From the NCBI GenBank assembly GCA_030390025.1, contig CM059432.1, positions 42,038,001 to 42,102,000 on the forward strand: a stretch of DNA of 64,000 nt, given 5' to 3'. The notes below the pieces were generated by a model. It did no database searches and was not told where the DNA came from. It saw only the letters and a list, made by a program, of their open reading frames with translations. Positions 1-11,900 of the stretch are shown here, piece after piece (position 1 is the stretch's first letter; each line of letters opens with the position of its first letter). The position numbers and the translations under genes are program-made. Source of the stretch: Squalus acanthias. Taxonomy: Eukaryota.

Positions 1-168
1 CCTTACAATATGCAGCCATGGTCTTGCCTGATGTGCCTCCCATAGGTGAATAGCCCTTACAATATGCAGCCATGGTCTTGCCTGATGTGCCTCCCATAGG
101 TGAATAGCCCTTACAATATGCAGCCATGGTCTTGCCTGATGTGCCTCCCATAGGTGAATAGCCCTTAC
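1..168. repeat. 54-bp tandem repeat, 3 identical copies plus 6 bp, runs off window; probably in intron 1 of a Harbinger Myb gene
   Basis: Unit ccttacaatatgcagccatggtcttgcctgatgtgcctcccataggtgaatagc starts at 1, 55 and 109; no spacers. Confidence 0.95.
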
Positions 169-316
169 TGTATGCAAAGTGTGGAATGTGTGTGTGTGTT
201 TGATGAAAGGGCCATAGGTGTTGCATGAGTGTTGTGCATTGGGGTTTTAAGACCCTCTGGCCATAGAGTGAGGTTGAGATGGAGGGATGGAGAGGTATTG
301 AGAAAAAGCCACTCAC

Positions 317-553
317 CCTGACGACCCGAGTGAGGTCGTTGAACTTTTTGCGGCACTGGACATGGGTCCTGGGCACCATGCTCCTGGAGGAGACGCTCTG
401 AGCCACCTCCCTCCACACTCTTCTGAACTCGCGTGGCAAAGGCCTCCTGCCACTCTCCGGGAACAGCATGCATCGTCTGCGCTCCACTGCGTCAACCAGA
501 GCATCCAAGGCCCGCTCGGTGAAGCGATGAGCGCGTTCTCTCACCCTTTCCAT
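317..553 (-). CDS. Harbinger Myb/SANT-like (trihelix) DNA-binding protein, exon 1, intact
   Basis: Manual translation gives MERVRERAHRFTERALDALVDAVERRRCMLFPESGRRPLPREFRRVWREVAQSVSSRSMVPRTHVQCRKKFNDLTRVVR (79 codons), then donor AGG|GTGAGT. The W..VA...RT..QC.KKF.DL pattern is typical of this domain. Confidence 0.85.
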
Positions 554-921
554 GCTTGGCAGCAAAATGGATTACAGGTCTCTCCAGGCTGAGATTCAAG
601 GCTGCAATGAGCAGGGTGTGGCTGGGGAGCAAGTGGCCCCCCCCGCTTTAAGAAGTGTCCGGCGCCAGTGTGTCTGTGTTCCCTCGCTAACTGGCAGCAG
701 CTGCGCTGCGCTTGTGCGCTGAGGTAGCGCCTCACTCCTAGGCCTTTGCGCCTTAAGAGAGGTGTGCAGCGCCTAATTTAGCGCTCCACTCACCTCCCGG
801 GGCGGTAAAAGTGAAGTTTCCTGTCAGTGCCGATAATTAGCGCCAGGCGCTAATATTTGCGCGCGGACGATATTTGCGCCCCAAATGGGGCGCGACCTAA
901 TTTCTACCCCTATGACTCTAT

Positions 922-1814
922 GGGGGAAAAATTAGGTCGCGCCCCATTTGGGGCGCAAATATCGTCTGGACGCAAATATTAGCGCCTGGCGCTAATTATC
1001 GGCACTGACTGGAAACTTCACTTTTACCGCCCCGGGAGGTGAGTGGAGCGCTAAATCAGGCGCTGCACACCTGTCTTAAGGCACAAAGGCCAAGGAGTGA
1101 GGCGCTACCTCAGAGCGCTGGCGAAGCTCATGTAATGTCAGTCAGCAATGGAACACACACACAATGGCACGGGCCAGTTCTTAAAGGGGATGGTTAATCT
1201 TGCTTTCCATCCACATCCTGTTCATTGCAGCCTTGAATCTCGGCCTGGAGAGACTTGCACATCAAATGTGCTGGAAAGAACAATGGAGAGTACCAGGCAA
1301 AGAGCTCAGAGTGCAGCTCCCACAGTCTCTGCTAAATCGATACAAGGAATGGCAAATCAAAATGAACCTGCAAAGTGCTGCTCAGTACCCAAAACTCCTT
1401 CACACAACGTTGAATCTCTCCAGAAGTCTCTCCCTCTCGCTCTCAGAATGCGTAGTTCAAAAATGCCACCAACAATAAAAGACAGGAAGAGGCCCCCTTT
1501 AAATAGCGCCCCCCCCAGCCCCACAGCGATTGATAGCGTTCCAGTCTTCTGGTCGTTGGATGCGCCAGGCGGTAAGGCAGGGGGCGCCACTCAATTTCTG
1601 CTCCGGGGCGCCACAAGGGCGTTGCACCATGGAATGACGTCACAATCTGCGCGCGCAGGTGGTCGCAGCGGTAAAGTTTAGCGCCGCCGCACAATCTCTA
1701 GTTAAGTTCCCGAGCGGCGCAAACATCGCTGCGCCCGGGCGTTAGTGGCTTTGCGCCCCATTAGCGCCCTCTTAAGGCGCTAACGGGAGGCGCAACCAAC
1801 TGAATTTTTACCCC
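922..1814 (+). mobile_element. Non-autonomous Harbinger (family B), internal-deletion derivative
   Basis: GGGGGAAAAATT...AATTTTTACCCC termini with TAT TSD. Left part matches the end of element A; right part matches 63056-63390 reversed. Confidence 0.9.
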
Positions 1815-2271
1815 TATGACTCTATAACTACTTCTCCAGACACCAGTGGGCGCAAACCTTTTTTCATTGGTGTAACAGTGGTGCAACTCACTGCATGGAA
1901 ATTCAACCCCATGATGTTTAGTGATAGAAACTGTGAACATAAGATTGTGTTACATTGATCGCATTGGAGGATGACAGGAAGGCACAGATAAGATCCAAGT
2001 ATTCTGGAGAAACTGGTAAACCTGTTAAGTTTTAATAATAGTGGGACAAAGAAAAACTGGTCCCAACATATCTGCAATGACAGTATAACTGAACACTTTT
2101 TTTATTCACATAAGGTGACTCATGTATAACTTGGCCCACCAAAGAAAATCTATGACCAGGTTATAAAATGGTCAACATGACAATAGTACCATAAGCTCTA
2201 CTTTTCCAACTCCTGCTGTGCTGCTCTCTGTCTGAAGCTCATGGTCTGCTGCTCTCTTCTCCATTCTACAG

Positions 2272-2540
2272 ATTAATTAAAATAATTTAATCCTGGCCCT
2301 GGCCTCCTGCTCCCCGATTGTGTTACTGCACAGTGCTGATAGAGCATGGAACATTCAGTGTGCATTAAAATCAAATTTTCTGCTCTCTGGGGAACCATGG
2401 TGATTTATGGGATGACTTCCAGAGAGCGGGAAATCTGATTTTAATGTGCATTGACTGCTGCCATGCACTGCTGCCCCTGCACACAATACAATCAGAGAGT
2501 GGGGGAGCAGGAGACTGGGAATTAAAATATTTTAGTTAAT
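2272..2540. mobile_element. Old ~270-bp imperfect palindrome, probable foldback/MITE relic
   Basis: Paired arms ctcctgctcccc/ggggagcaggag, cattaaaatcaaattttctgctctctgg/ccagagagcgggaaatctgattttaatg, and AT-rich outer ends. Confidence 0.7.
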
Positions 2541-2858
2541 ATTTAGAATCAAAATTAGAACTATTATTTTCAGTGACTTGTAACCAAGAGTAGTGGTACA
2601 AAGCTGGATAGCATTTTAAACATATCACGACATTTGGGGTGAGGTGGATGAGGCTAAGAGGCAGGGCCAGAGAGAGACCACCTAAGAGTGGAAATCTTGA
2701 GTACATATTCATGTCCTGCTGTTGCATGGCACAGTGCATTGGAATGGCATGGTTCTGTACTGATGCTTTGGTTAACGTAAAAAGTTTAATTCTGGTTCAA
2801 GAATGAATGTAGACTTGGCTGGGGTGAAGCAAAAGAAGACTTCAGCGGAAAGATGTAA

Positions 2859-4386
2859 GGCCCGATTTTAACCCTGCTCATTCGATGGTAACGATATGGG
2901 CGGAGGGTTAAATAGTAGTTGAGCAACTCTCGCTGCGTTCCCGACGCATTTGCATCCGCCACCATTTTAACTGCTGGGTTTACAGCAGCATAGGGGCACA
3001 GCAGTCACAACCAGACGGGACTCATTGAAAGTTGGGGTCCAATGACATAATTCGGATCCCGACGCAATTTTAACCCTGGGTCACACAAGTCAGCACAGTG
3101 CTGGAACCACCAGTGAAACCTGGCAGCAGGCAGGATCAGGGCCAAGAGCAGCCCAGATAAGTTGGAATTTTTAATTTTGTAAGGTTTCCTTGTGGGCCAG
3201 GAGGAGCAGCAGCCCATAAGGAAACCATGGGCCTCTCATATCCTGGGCTTCCCTCCCCCTCTCCCATTGTGATCACATCTGGACCCCTCTTCCACTAATT
3301 GTATGCCAGGGACTGTTCCCATGAGTTTCTGGAGGTGGTCTTTTGCCATGCAAAACCCGGTTCCTGCCCGCTGGCCATCCCATCATTCCTGGTGGGTTCA
3401 GACAGGAATCCTTCCTCCTGCATGGTAATAAGACCTGGGAGTTAAAATGGCCTGGGCCTCACGTCAGCGCCGTGATGAGTGCTTCCCACCTGCCTCAAAC
3501 TCCGCACGCTGCACTCACGCAGGGCCTGATTTGCATTTCAAAGCTCCGTTTCCTACCCGCAGCCAGCCAGATGGAGAAGCTGGCTGACTGCGGGTGGGTA
3601 GGCCTGCGGCACTAGGATGCAGAGAGGAGGGAGGGAGGGATCGGGTGGTGGTCAGGGGGCCGGAGGAGGATCAGGGGAGTGCGGGTGGGAAGAGAGGATC
3701 GGGGTTGACTGGCGAAGATCGGGGGGGTGGGGGAGAGAGAGCTTCGGGGCTGACCGGAGGAGCATTGGGGCGGGGGATGCATCGAGGGCCAGCCAGATAA
3801 GCATCAGTTGGGGGGGAGCGGGGGGTGGGGGAAGCATTGGGGCCGGCTGGATGAGCATCGGCGGGGGAAGTATCAGGGTCAGAGGATTGGTGGGGGGAGG
3901 ATTGGGGCCGGAGGATTCATGGGTAGGAGAGGATCGGGGCCAGGGGAGCACCGGGGCTGGAAGGGGAGTCCGGGCAGGTGATCGGAGGCCTCGTGTGGGG
4001 AATCGGAGGCCTCGGGGCGGTCTCCGATCACAGTGGATGGGTGAGGCAGGAACACTGGATCCAGGAGGTAAGTGTAAAGGCACTTACCTCCTGGAACCAA
4101 CAGTCCTCACCATAGTTTAGCTGGCAGGTTCCCCGAGGCCTGCGAAACCTGACCAGCCACAGTTAAATTTGTAATGGTGGTTAAATCTGAGGCATGCCAA
4201 CCTCATTATAGTATTTAAATGGGCGACCCCCTCCTGGGAGCAGGTTGGCTGCCCGCCCCCCGTCTCGCCTCCGTTAAGACTGGAAGTGGGCGGGTTGGAG
4301 GCGGGTTGGGGTCAGGATTCAGTTTTTTAACACTTTAATCTCCCAACTGAGCTCAACCCACCCATTTTTTGGGGGTTAAAATTCCC
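2859..4386 (+). mobile_element. Composite non-autonomous Harbinger-like region; about 3520-4386 is family X with GATCGGGG-rich low-complexity core
   Basis: GGCCCGATTTTAACCC start and GGGGGTTAAAATTCCC end. The 3' part matches 59840-60148 and, reversed, 8877-8980 and 15401-15500. Internal boundaries are uncertain. Confidence 0.6.
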
Positions 4387-4545
4387 ATCATTATCATTTT
4401 ACTTCCAGATTTCCCATCCAATTAGCATCAGCGGGTGTGATGACGACCCACATAACACGATCTCAACTCCAGTACTTAAAGGGACACTCCAAACATGCAC
4501 GTTGAAGCAATTGGAGTTGGCTTGGAGAGAGAAACAAGTCTTTGA

Positions 4546-6320
4546 ATGGAGTCAGGATGAGCAAAGGCTGCACCTAGCTTCACCAGCGCCTCCCTGGATG
4601 TGCTGCTGGAGGCTGTAAGGACCTGGAGGGAGATACTGTTCCCTAGTAATGGGAGGAAGAAGCCTGCTGCTGACACAAAGAAGGCGTGGATGGAGGTTTA
4701 CAGGAGGTCAGCAGCAGGAGCGTGGTGCTACGCTCTTGGATCCAATGCAGGAAGTGATTCAATTACCTCCGCAGGGCAGGAAAGGTAAGAGCAATGGCAC
4801 ATTGCCCTACATGCTGATGTGCGTATCACCCTAACCCCCTCACTCTGCCTTCTCAAGCCTACTTCAGCACATCACTCCTCACACCAATTTACCTTGCAGG
4901 TGCGCCCATCCCTCTCTGTCTATGCACTTCCTCACATCCCCATCTATCCATCCACCACTGGCACTCATTGTCCTTATGCAATGTCATGCCTATTCCTCAT
5001 AATCACCCTCAACAAATGCTTTCCATCCATTGGGTGAACACATGCCATTACACTCACTCATAGGTCACTTCTTTCCCTCTTTGCAGGAGAAGAGAGCAAA
5101 GAACAGCAGGGAAAGGCAGAGAAGTGGCCTTCCACAGATCTCTCAATTAACACCTGTAGAGGAGTAGGCGCTGGAGATCAGTGGAGTCTCGCCGTGCCTG
5201 GCCATCGGAGATGGGGACCTGCCAGCTACCTGGTGACAGAATGAAATATCAGGTAGTCACATAGCATACAACCGTCAGTCATGTTGACTTGATGTCAACA
5301 GTGACTGAAATATGACCATGTGCATAATGATAACTTAAAGCATTCTTACTTTGACAGTACGCATTCATGTCTTTTATCTTCCACAGGTCCTTCACGCGTC
5401 CATCAGGAGGTGGTCGCGGTCATCCAGGAAGACAAATCCTCAGAGGAGCTCACTCCCTCAGAGGGTGCACCATCACAGGACTTATGCAGACCATGCACCA
5501 GCTCAGATACTCGCACATCAGTGGCAGTAGTTACAGCGATAATTGGGTTCTCACATGGTGACTCGCACTTCACAAATGAGCAAAAGCAAATGGGGGAGTC
5601 AGGGACAGTGGTGGAGAGTCCGCATCGGAGGGCGCAGGACTGTCCAAGCTCTGCTAAGCTGGATGCAGATGCTGTACCCCCGGGGGCTGTCATTGATGCG
5701 GATACTTCTTGAGCAGCAGCAGAGAATGTGCAATGAACTGGCAGGCGTTCCAAGCGCATTGTGCATGATTGCAGAGAGATTGGAGGAGTCCGCCCCAAGC
5801 ATGACTGGCATGATATCGCAGCCATTGTGATGATGTCTTCTTCTATGTGCATGCAGGCCTTCAACAATGGCTTGCACACTCTGAATTCCACCTTAAATCG
5901 GATGAATGATACCTTGGCCTTGGCCTTTCATCACCCCACTGATCTGCAGCAAAGTGCTCTCCAGCACATTGCTAGCAGGGAAGAGTGGCCGGGCCATGAG
6001 AGGGATGATAGTGAAGGGGGAAATGGACGTGGGGACTCAGCTGAAAGCGCTTCCACTTCCCACCTGTTGCCCTTCAACCCCTCAGTCAGTACCTGACATG
6101 CTGCCATGTGTCCCGATGGCCAAGTCTGCTCCTGCACAGGTGCAGGTGGAGCAGTCTTTGGCGGGGCCCTCATGGGCTCGAAAACCCAGAAGACATTGGC
6201 CAAGAGCAACTCAACAGTCAGAGAAGGGACCTGAGCAGCCTGCCTCTATCTTTGCTGAAGCCACAGGGGTTGCACCACGTAGAAATGCTAGGAAAAGGAA
6301 GAGTAAAGATTTATTGTTGC
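4546..6320 (+). pseudogene. Decayed Harbinger Myb/SANT gene (exons ~4546-4784, 5087-5232, 5387-6320) of element H1
   Basis: LLEAVRTWREILFPSNGRKKP..TKKAW motif; AAG|GTAAGA donor and ttgcag/ccacag acceptors; stops and frameshifts; homologous to 44523-46500. Confidence 0.8.
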
Positions 6321-6539
6321 ACAAGGGTATGCACATGGGTGTGTTACACACTGGCTGGCAAGTGGCCTTTTCAGTGTTTGATGATGAATGGGAAAACATG
6401 AATTGACGGTGATCAAATGGGGGAGGGGGGGCTATGAAAGGGATGCTTGGTTGTTTGCAGGACTGCTTTGTGCTTGTGGCATTGTGGGGGGGTGGGGGGG
6501 CAAAAGTGGCTTTTGCACGTGATTGTTAGCTGGGTGCAC

Positions 6540-7697
6540 TGGTGGAACCTAATTGAACCTCGCAATAATGAGGGCATCCTGGGCAGCAATGTGCGTGCTG
6601 GTGGTGCATTGCCTGCATCACCTTCCGGCTCCTCGTCTTCCTCCTCCTCCGAAGAGGCTCTGTGCCTTGTTCCTCCTGCAGGTCCAAACCTTGCTGCTGC
6701 ACAATGTTATGCAGAGCGCAGCACACCACGACCATTCTGGAGACCCTGACTGGTGCGTACTGAAGGGCGCCTCCAGATCTGTCCAGGTACCTGAAGCGTG
6801 TCTTCAGCATGCCGATGGCTTGTTCGATGACTCATCTGGTGGTGATATGCCATTCATCGTAGTGCTCCTGGGCCTCATTCCTCAGATTTGTGAGAGGTGT
6901 CATTAGCCACATTTTAAGTGGGTATCCCTTGTCTCCGAGCAGCCAGTCGGTAACTCTGCTTCAGGTGCAAAGACGTCTGGGAGGGTGAACTGCCACAGGA
7001 TGAAAGCATCATGGCAGCTGCCCGGGAATCTTCTGCACACCTGCATAAATATCTTTTTGTGGTTGCACACCAGCTGCACATTGATGGAGTAGAAGCCGTT
7101 GCGGTTGACGGACACTCCTGGGTGCCTTAATTCCATATGTGTGCAGTCGATGACGCCCTGCACCTGTGGGAAGTCAGCAAGAGTCGCAATCCCGAGCGCC
7201 CACTCATTCTGACTGGCGTCATTGCAGGCAAAGTTGACATAATTGGCGGCCCTGGCAAACAAGCCATTAGTCACCTGACTTATGCATTTGAGTGCTGCCG
7301 ACTGCGAGATCCTGCAAATGTCTCCGGCAGAGCCCTGGAAGGATCTGGAAGCAAAAAATTTGAGGGCGGTGGTGACTTTGACAGCCACTGGTAAAGTATG
7401 GCCACCAGGTCCAGTTGGCAGCAGGTCTTGTTCCAGCAGCCTGCAAATGTCTACCACCACCTGACACGACACCCTGAGCCTCCTGGGACACTGGTGCTCA
7501 GACATGTCGAGGAAGCTTATCCTTTGCCTGTAGACCCTGTGTGCGGAGTATGGCCTCCTGTGAGCTGGACCTCTCTGCTGCTCCCCTCACTCCTGTGGAG
7601 CTACAAGTCTGTGAGCAGTAGCCTGTTGTTGGTGCTGCTGCTGGTCATCTTCGTCCTCATCTGAGGTCCAATATAAGGCAGCGTAAGTGGCACCCAT
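6540..7697 (-). pseudogene. Decayed Harbinger (HARBI1-like) DDE transposase of element H1
   Basis: [58 protein letters not shown]; frameshifted; convergent with the Myb gene. Confidence 0.9.
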
Positions 7698-8060
7698 GCT
7701 GATCTGATAGATCAGAACTCCAAACCTCCAAAGTGTGGATGACACGACCAAAATGAATATGACATCTCCAAAGTATTGAAGAAACCTCCAAAGTGTGTGA
7801 AGTAACCTCTCAGCACAAGTACTGTGAACAAACCCTTTCCCACAAGCAGGTAAGAAGCAGCTGTGAGTACTGAGTACTTATTGGCATAATTCCCTGAAAT
7901 GACTTCAGCCCCCTCAATTGCCGCTGTGTTCTCACCTTGCTTTCACTGGTGAGTTCCAGGAAGCCTGGGAAACCCATGGACCCAAATTTAAAGTGAAAAA
8001 CCCATGTCAATGTCGCTCTAATTGAGCGATTAACATTATCTTAAGTGGCAACCCGTCTCT

Positions 8061-8143
8061 CATAAGAACATAAGAAATAGGAGCAGGAGTAGGCCATTTG
8101 GCCCCTCGAGCCTGCTCCGCCATTCAATAAGATCATGGCTGAT
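8061..8143 (-). mobile_element. CR1 3'-end fragment with (TTCTTATG)n tail
   Basis: Reverse complement resembles the CR1 tail at 21190-21258. Confidence 0.75.
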
Positions 8144-8981
8144 GTACAAGACCAAACTCAATGTAGACTTCCCTCGATGGGTTGCTCACATGCAGTCTAA
8201 TGCGCTGCAGTGAACTACAGAAGTCGGCGAGTTGGAGCTTCTTGCTTGGCTATGGGCTGTTTGTTTCTTCTTTCCTCTGTGCTTAGTTTTACAACCCATA
8301 CATATCAGGAATCCTTTGTCTATGAGTAGACCCAGGGAACATCACAGTCACAGGAATGTATGGTGTCTGGCCGCTAATTTGATAAGTATCATGTCCAATG
8401 GTAGCCTGACATGTTTTCTCTTCATACATGAGTTGGCTATTTTAAGGTAGGTTTCTCAATTTTTCTTTATTTTTTATTAAACGGGAAAAACACGTTTTAT
8501 GTACAAAACAATAAATTATTAAAGATGAATTACCACCATCAAGGACAGTCTTCATTGAGTTTGGTCTTGTACATGCACACATTTCTCTAATTCCTATAAT
8601 TACTGGTCCAAAACCAGTATAAGACTTTATAGTTATTAGTAATTCATCACTGTCCATTTGTTACTTTATATGTACTACCTTCTAGCTAACATACTGAAAA
8701 TAAATATATAAGTATAATTCACAGTTACAAGGTAGTTTACCTAGAGAACTGTCACAGCTCTTGTGGTGGTATTTACAAAGCAAGGCCTATGGGGATTGGA
8801 ACCGTAGTTTTATTGTACAGTAATCTGTTACACTATCATACAAGTTAATGAATTAACTTTAACTATGAAACACATCGGGGATAATTTTAAACCCCAAATC
8901 AGGTGGGTTTGGGTCGGGTTGGATGTTAAAATTTTAAAAATCTCAAACCCAAGCCCAACCTGCCTCGAACCCAGACACTTC

Positions 8982-11900
8982 GGGCTGGATTTTGAATGAC
9001 CCATGGAGTCGGGTTTGGAGGCGTGTGGGGGGTTAAATTTGCGGGGTCGGGGTTTCCGACCCCATCCCGACTCCATCCCGCCTCCACGCAATTTTGACAA
9101 AATCAGTCGCGGGGTTCCCGACTCTCTCCCGACTGCAAGAGGCAGGAGAGGCCATTAAAGCCCTTAACAAGCCCTAAATTGGGTCTGTAATGCTATTTTG
9201 AAACATTGTAGCTAGTTTAACCCTTTTCTGACGTGAAGCATATTAGGAAGGATATTAGCTCTGATGATGCGGAATCTGTATGGGTAGAACTGAGAAATAA
9301 CAAGGGGCAGAAAACGTTAGTGGGAGTGGTATATAGACCTCCAAACAGTAATACGGAGGTTGGGGACAGCATTAAAAGGGAAATTAGAGAAGCATGCAGT
9401 AAGGGCACAGCAGTCATCATGGGTGACTTTAATTTACATATAGATTGGGCTAACCAAATTAGTAAAAATACTGTGGAGGAGGAATTCCTAGAATGTTTAC
9501 GAGATGGTTTTCTGGAACAATATGTCGAGGAACCAACCAGAGATCAGGCCATCTTAGACTGGGTATTATGCAACGAGAAAGGATTAATTAGCAATCTTGT
9601 TGTACGAGGCCCCTTGGGTCAGAGTGATCATAATATGATAGAATTCTTCATTAGGATGGAGAGTGAAGTAGTTGAATCAGAGACTAGGGTCCTGAATTTA
9701 AATAAAGGAAACTACGATAGTATGAGGCGCGAATTGGGTAGGATTGATTGGGGAATGTCACTCAAGGGGTTGACGGTGGATAGGCAATGGCAAACATTCA
9801 AAGACTGCATGGATGAACTACAGAATTTGTACATCCCAGTGTGGCATAAGAATAAAACAAAAAGGGTGACTCAACCGTGGCTAACGAGGGAAATTAGGTA
9901 TAGCATAAGATCCAAGGAGAGGGCATATAAATTGGCCAGAAAAAGCGGTAGCCCTGAGGATTGGGAGCAGTTTAGGATTCAACAAAGGAGGACAAAGGGA
10001 TTAATTAAGAAGGGGAAAATAGAATATGAAAGTAAGCTTGCTGGGAACATAAAAACTGACTGTAAGAGCTTTTATAGATATGTGAAGAGAAAAAGATTAG
10101 TGAAATCAAGTGTAGGTCCCTTGCAGTCAGAAGCGGGGGAAGTTATAATGGGGAACAAAGAAATGGCAGCCCAATTAAATGCATATTTTGGTTCTGTCTT
10201 CACAAAGGAGGACACAAATAACCTCCCAGAGATGTTGGAGAACATACGGTCTGATGAAAGGGAGGAACTGAAAGAAATCAGTATTTGCAGGGAAATAGTG
10301 TTAGGGAAATTGACGGTATTGAAGGCCGATAAATCCCCAGGGCCTGATAATCTACATCCTAGGGTACTTAAGGAAGTGGCCCTAGAAATAGTAGATGCAT
10401 TGCTGATCATCTTCCAACATTCGATGGAATCTGGAACTGTACCCATGGATTGGAGGGTAGCTAATGTTACCCCACTATTCAAAAAGGGTGGTAGAGAGAA
10501 AGCGGGGAATTACAGACCGGTAAGCCTGACATCGGTAGTGGGGAAAATGCTAGAGTCCATTATAAAGGATGTAATAGCTGAGCATTTGAAAAACAGTGAC
10601 AGGATTGGACAAAGTCAACATGGATTTACAAAAGGTAAATCGTGCTTGACTAATCTACTGGAATTTTTTGAGGATGTAACTGGGAAAATAGATAAGGGAG
10701 AACCAGTAGATGTGGTGTATTTGGACTTTCAAAAGGCTTTCGATAAGGTCCCGCATAAGAAATTAGCGGGTAAAGTTAAGGCACATGGGATTGGGGGTAA
10801 GGTATTGACTTGGATAGAGAACTGGTTGGCGGACAGAAAGCAGAGAGTAGGAATTAATGGGTCTTTTTCTGAGTGGCAAGCAGTGACTAGTGGGGTACCG
10901 CAGGGATCGGTCCTTGGACCCCAGCTATTCACAATATACATTAATGATCTAGATAAGGGAATTAAATGTAATATCTCCAAGTTTGCAGATGACACAAAGC
11001 TGGGTGGGAGTGTGTGCAGCGAGGAGGATAGCGAGAAACTCCAGGATGATCTGGACAGGTTGGGTGAGTGGGCAGAAGCGTGGCAGATGCAATATAACGT
11101 GGATAAGTGTGAGGTTATCCACTTTGGTGTCAAAAACAGAAAGGCAGACTATTATCTGAATGGCAATAGATTGGGAGAAGGGGAAGTGCAACGAGACCTG
11201 GGTGTCCTTGTGCACCAGTTGCTGAAAGTAAGCATGCAGGTGCAGCAGGCGGTGAAGAAGGCAAATGGTATGTTGGCCTTCATAGCGAAAGGGTTTGAGT
11301 ATAGGAACAGGGATGTCCTGCTGCAGTTGTACAGGGCCTTGGTGAGACCACACCTTGAGTACTGTGTGCAGTTTTGGTCGCCTTATCTGAGGAAGGATGT
11401 TCTTGCCATGGAAGGAGTTCAGCGAAGATTCACAAGACTGATACCTGGGATGGCAGGAATGACATATGAGGAGAGATTGGGTCGATTGGGCTTATACTCA
11501 CTGGAGTATAGAAGAATGAGAGGGGATCTCATCGAAACATATAAAATTCTGACAGGTCTGGACAAACTAGATGCAGGAAGAATGTTCCCGATGGTCGGAG
11601 AGTCCAGAACCAGGGGTCATAATCTACGGATAACGGGTAAACCATTTAGGACAGAAATGAGGAAGAATTTCTTCACCCAGAGAGTGGTGAACCTGCCTGG
11701 TGTGAAACACTCCAGTGAAACCTGGCGGGAGCACAAGTGGATAGCTGACTATCGGCTGCAAGTCCACTATTACAACGGAGATGTGATGAAGGTAGTAGTA
11801 GTATTAGGTGTAAAAGTCGCCTCTGATACTGCTGCATTGAATGTCATGGCATTTGGTGTAAGAGGACTTGGATGCAAAAAAATCTCTCTCTCTCTCTCTC

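Larger units (their letters stand above)
1..910 (-). mobile_element. Myb-side end of a young, probably autonomous PIF/Harbinger element (element A; continues left of window)
   Basis: Terminus GGGGTAGAAATTAGGTCGCG (minus strand) at 910, followed by TAT; subterminal TTAGCGC/GCGCTAA repeats; intact Myb exon. Confidence 0.85.

Noticed and set aside
1..168. 54-bp repeats as a CRISPR array or coding repeat
   Set aside because: The units are contiguous with no spacers. The frame is open on the minus strand, but it lies downstream of a strong donor at the conserved Myb exon 1 boundary, so it is more likely intronic.
1148..1681. 177-aa ORF with a paralogue at 40314-40634 as a novel gene
   Set aside because: The similarity is explained by two copies of one MITE, and the frame is not preserved between them.
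3617..4120. Gly-rich and Pro-rich ORFs (also 15503-16022, 23626-24084, 35947-36616)
   Set aside because: Stop-poor, GC-rich MITE interiors that are open in several frames at once.
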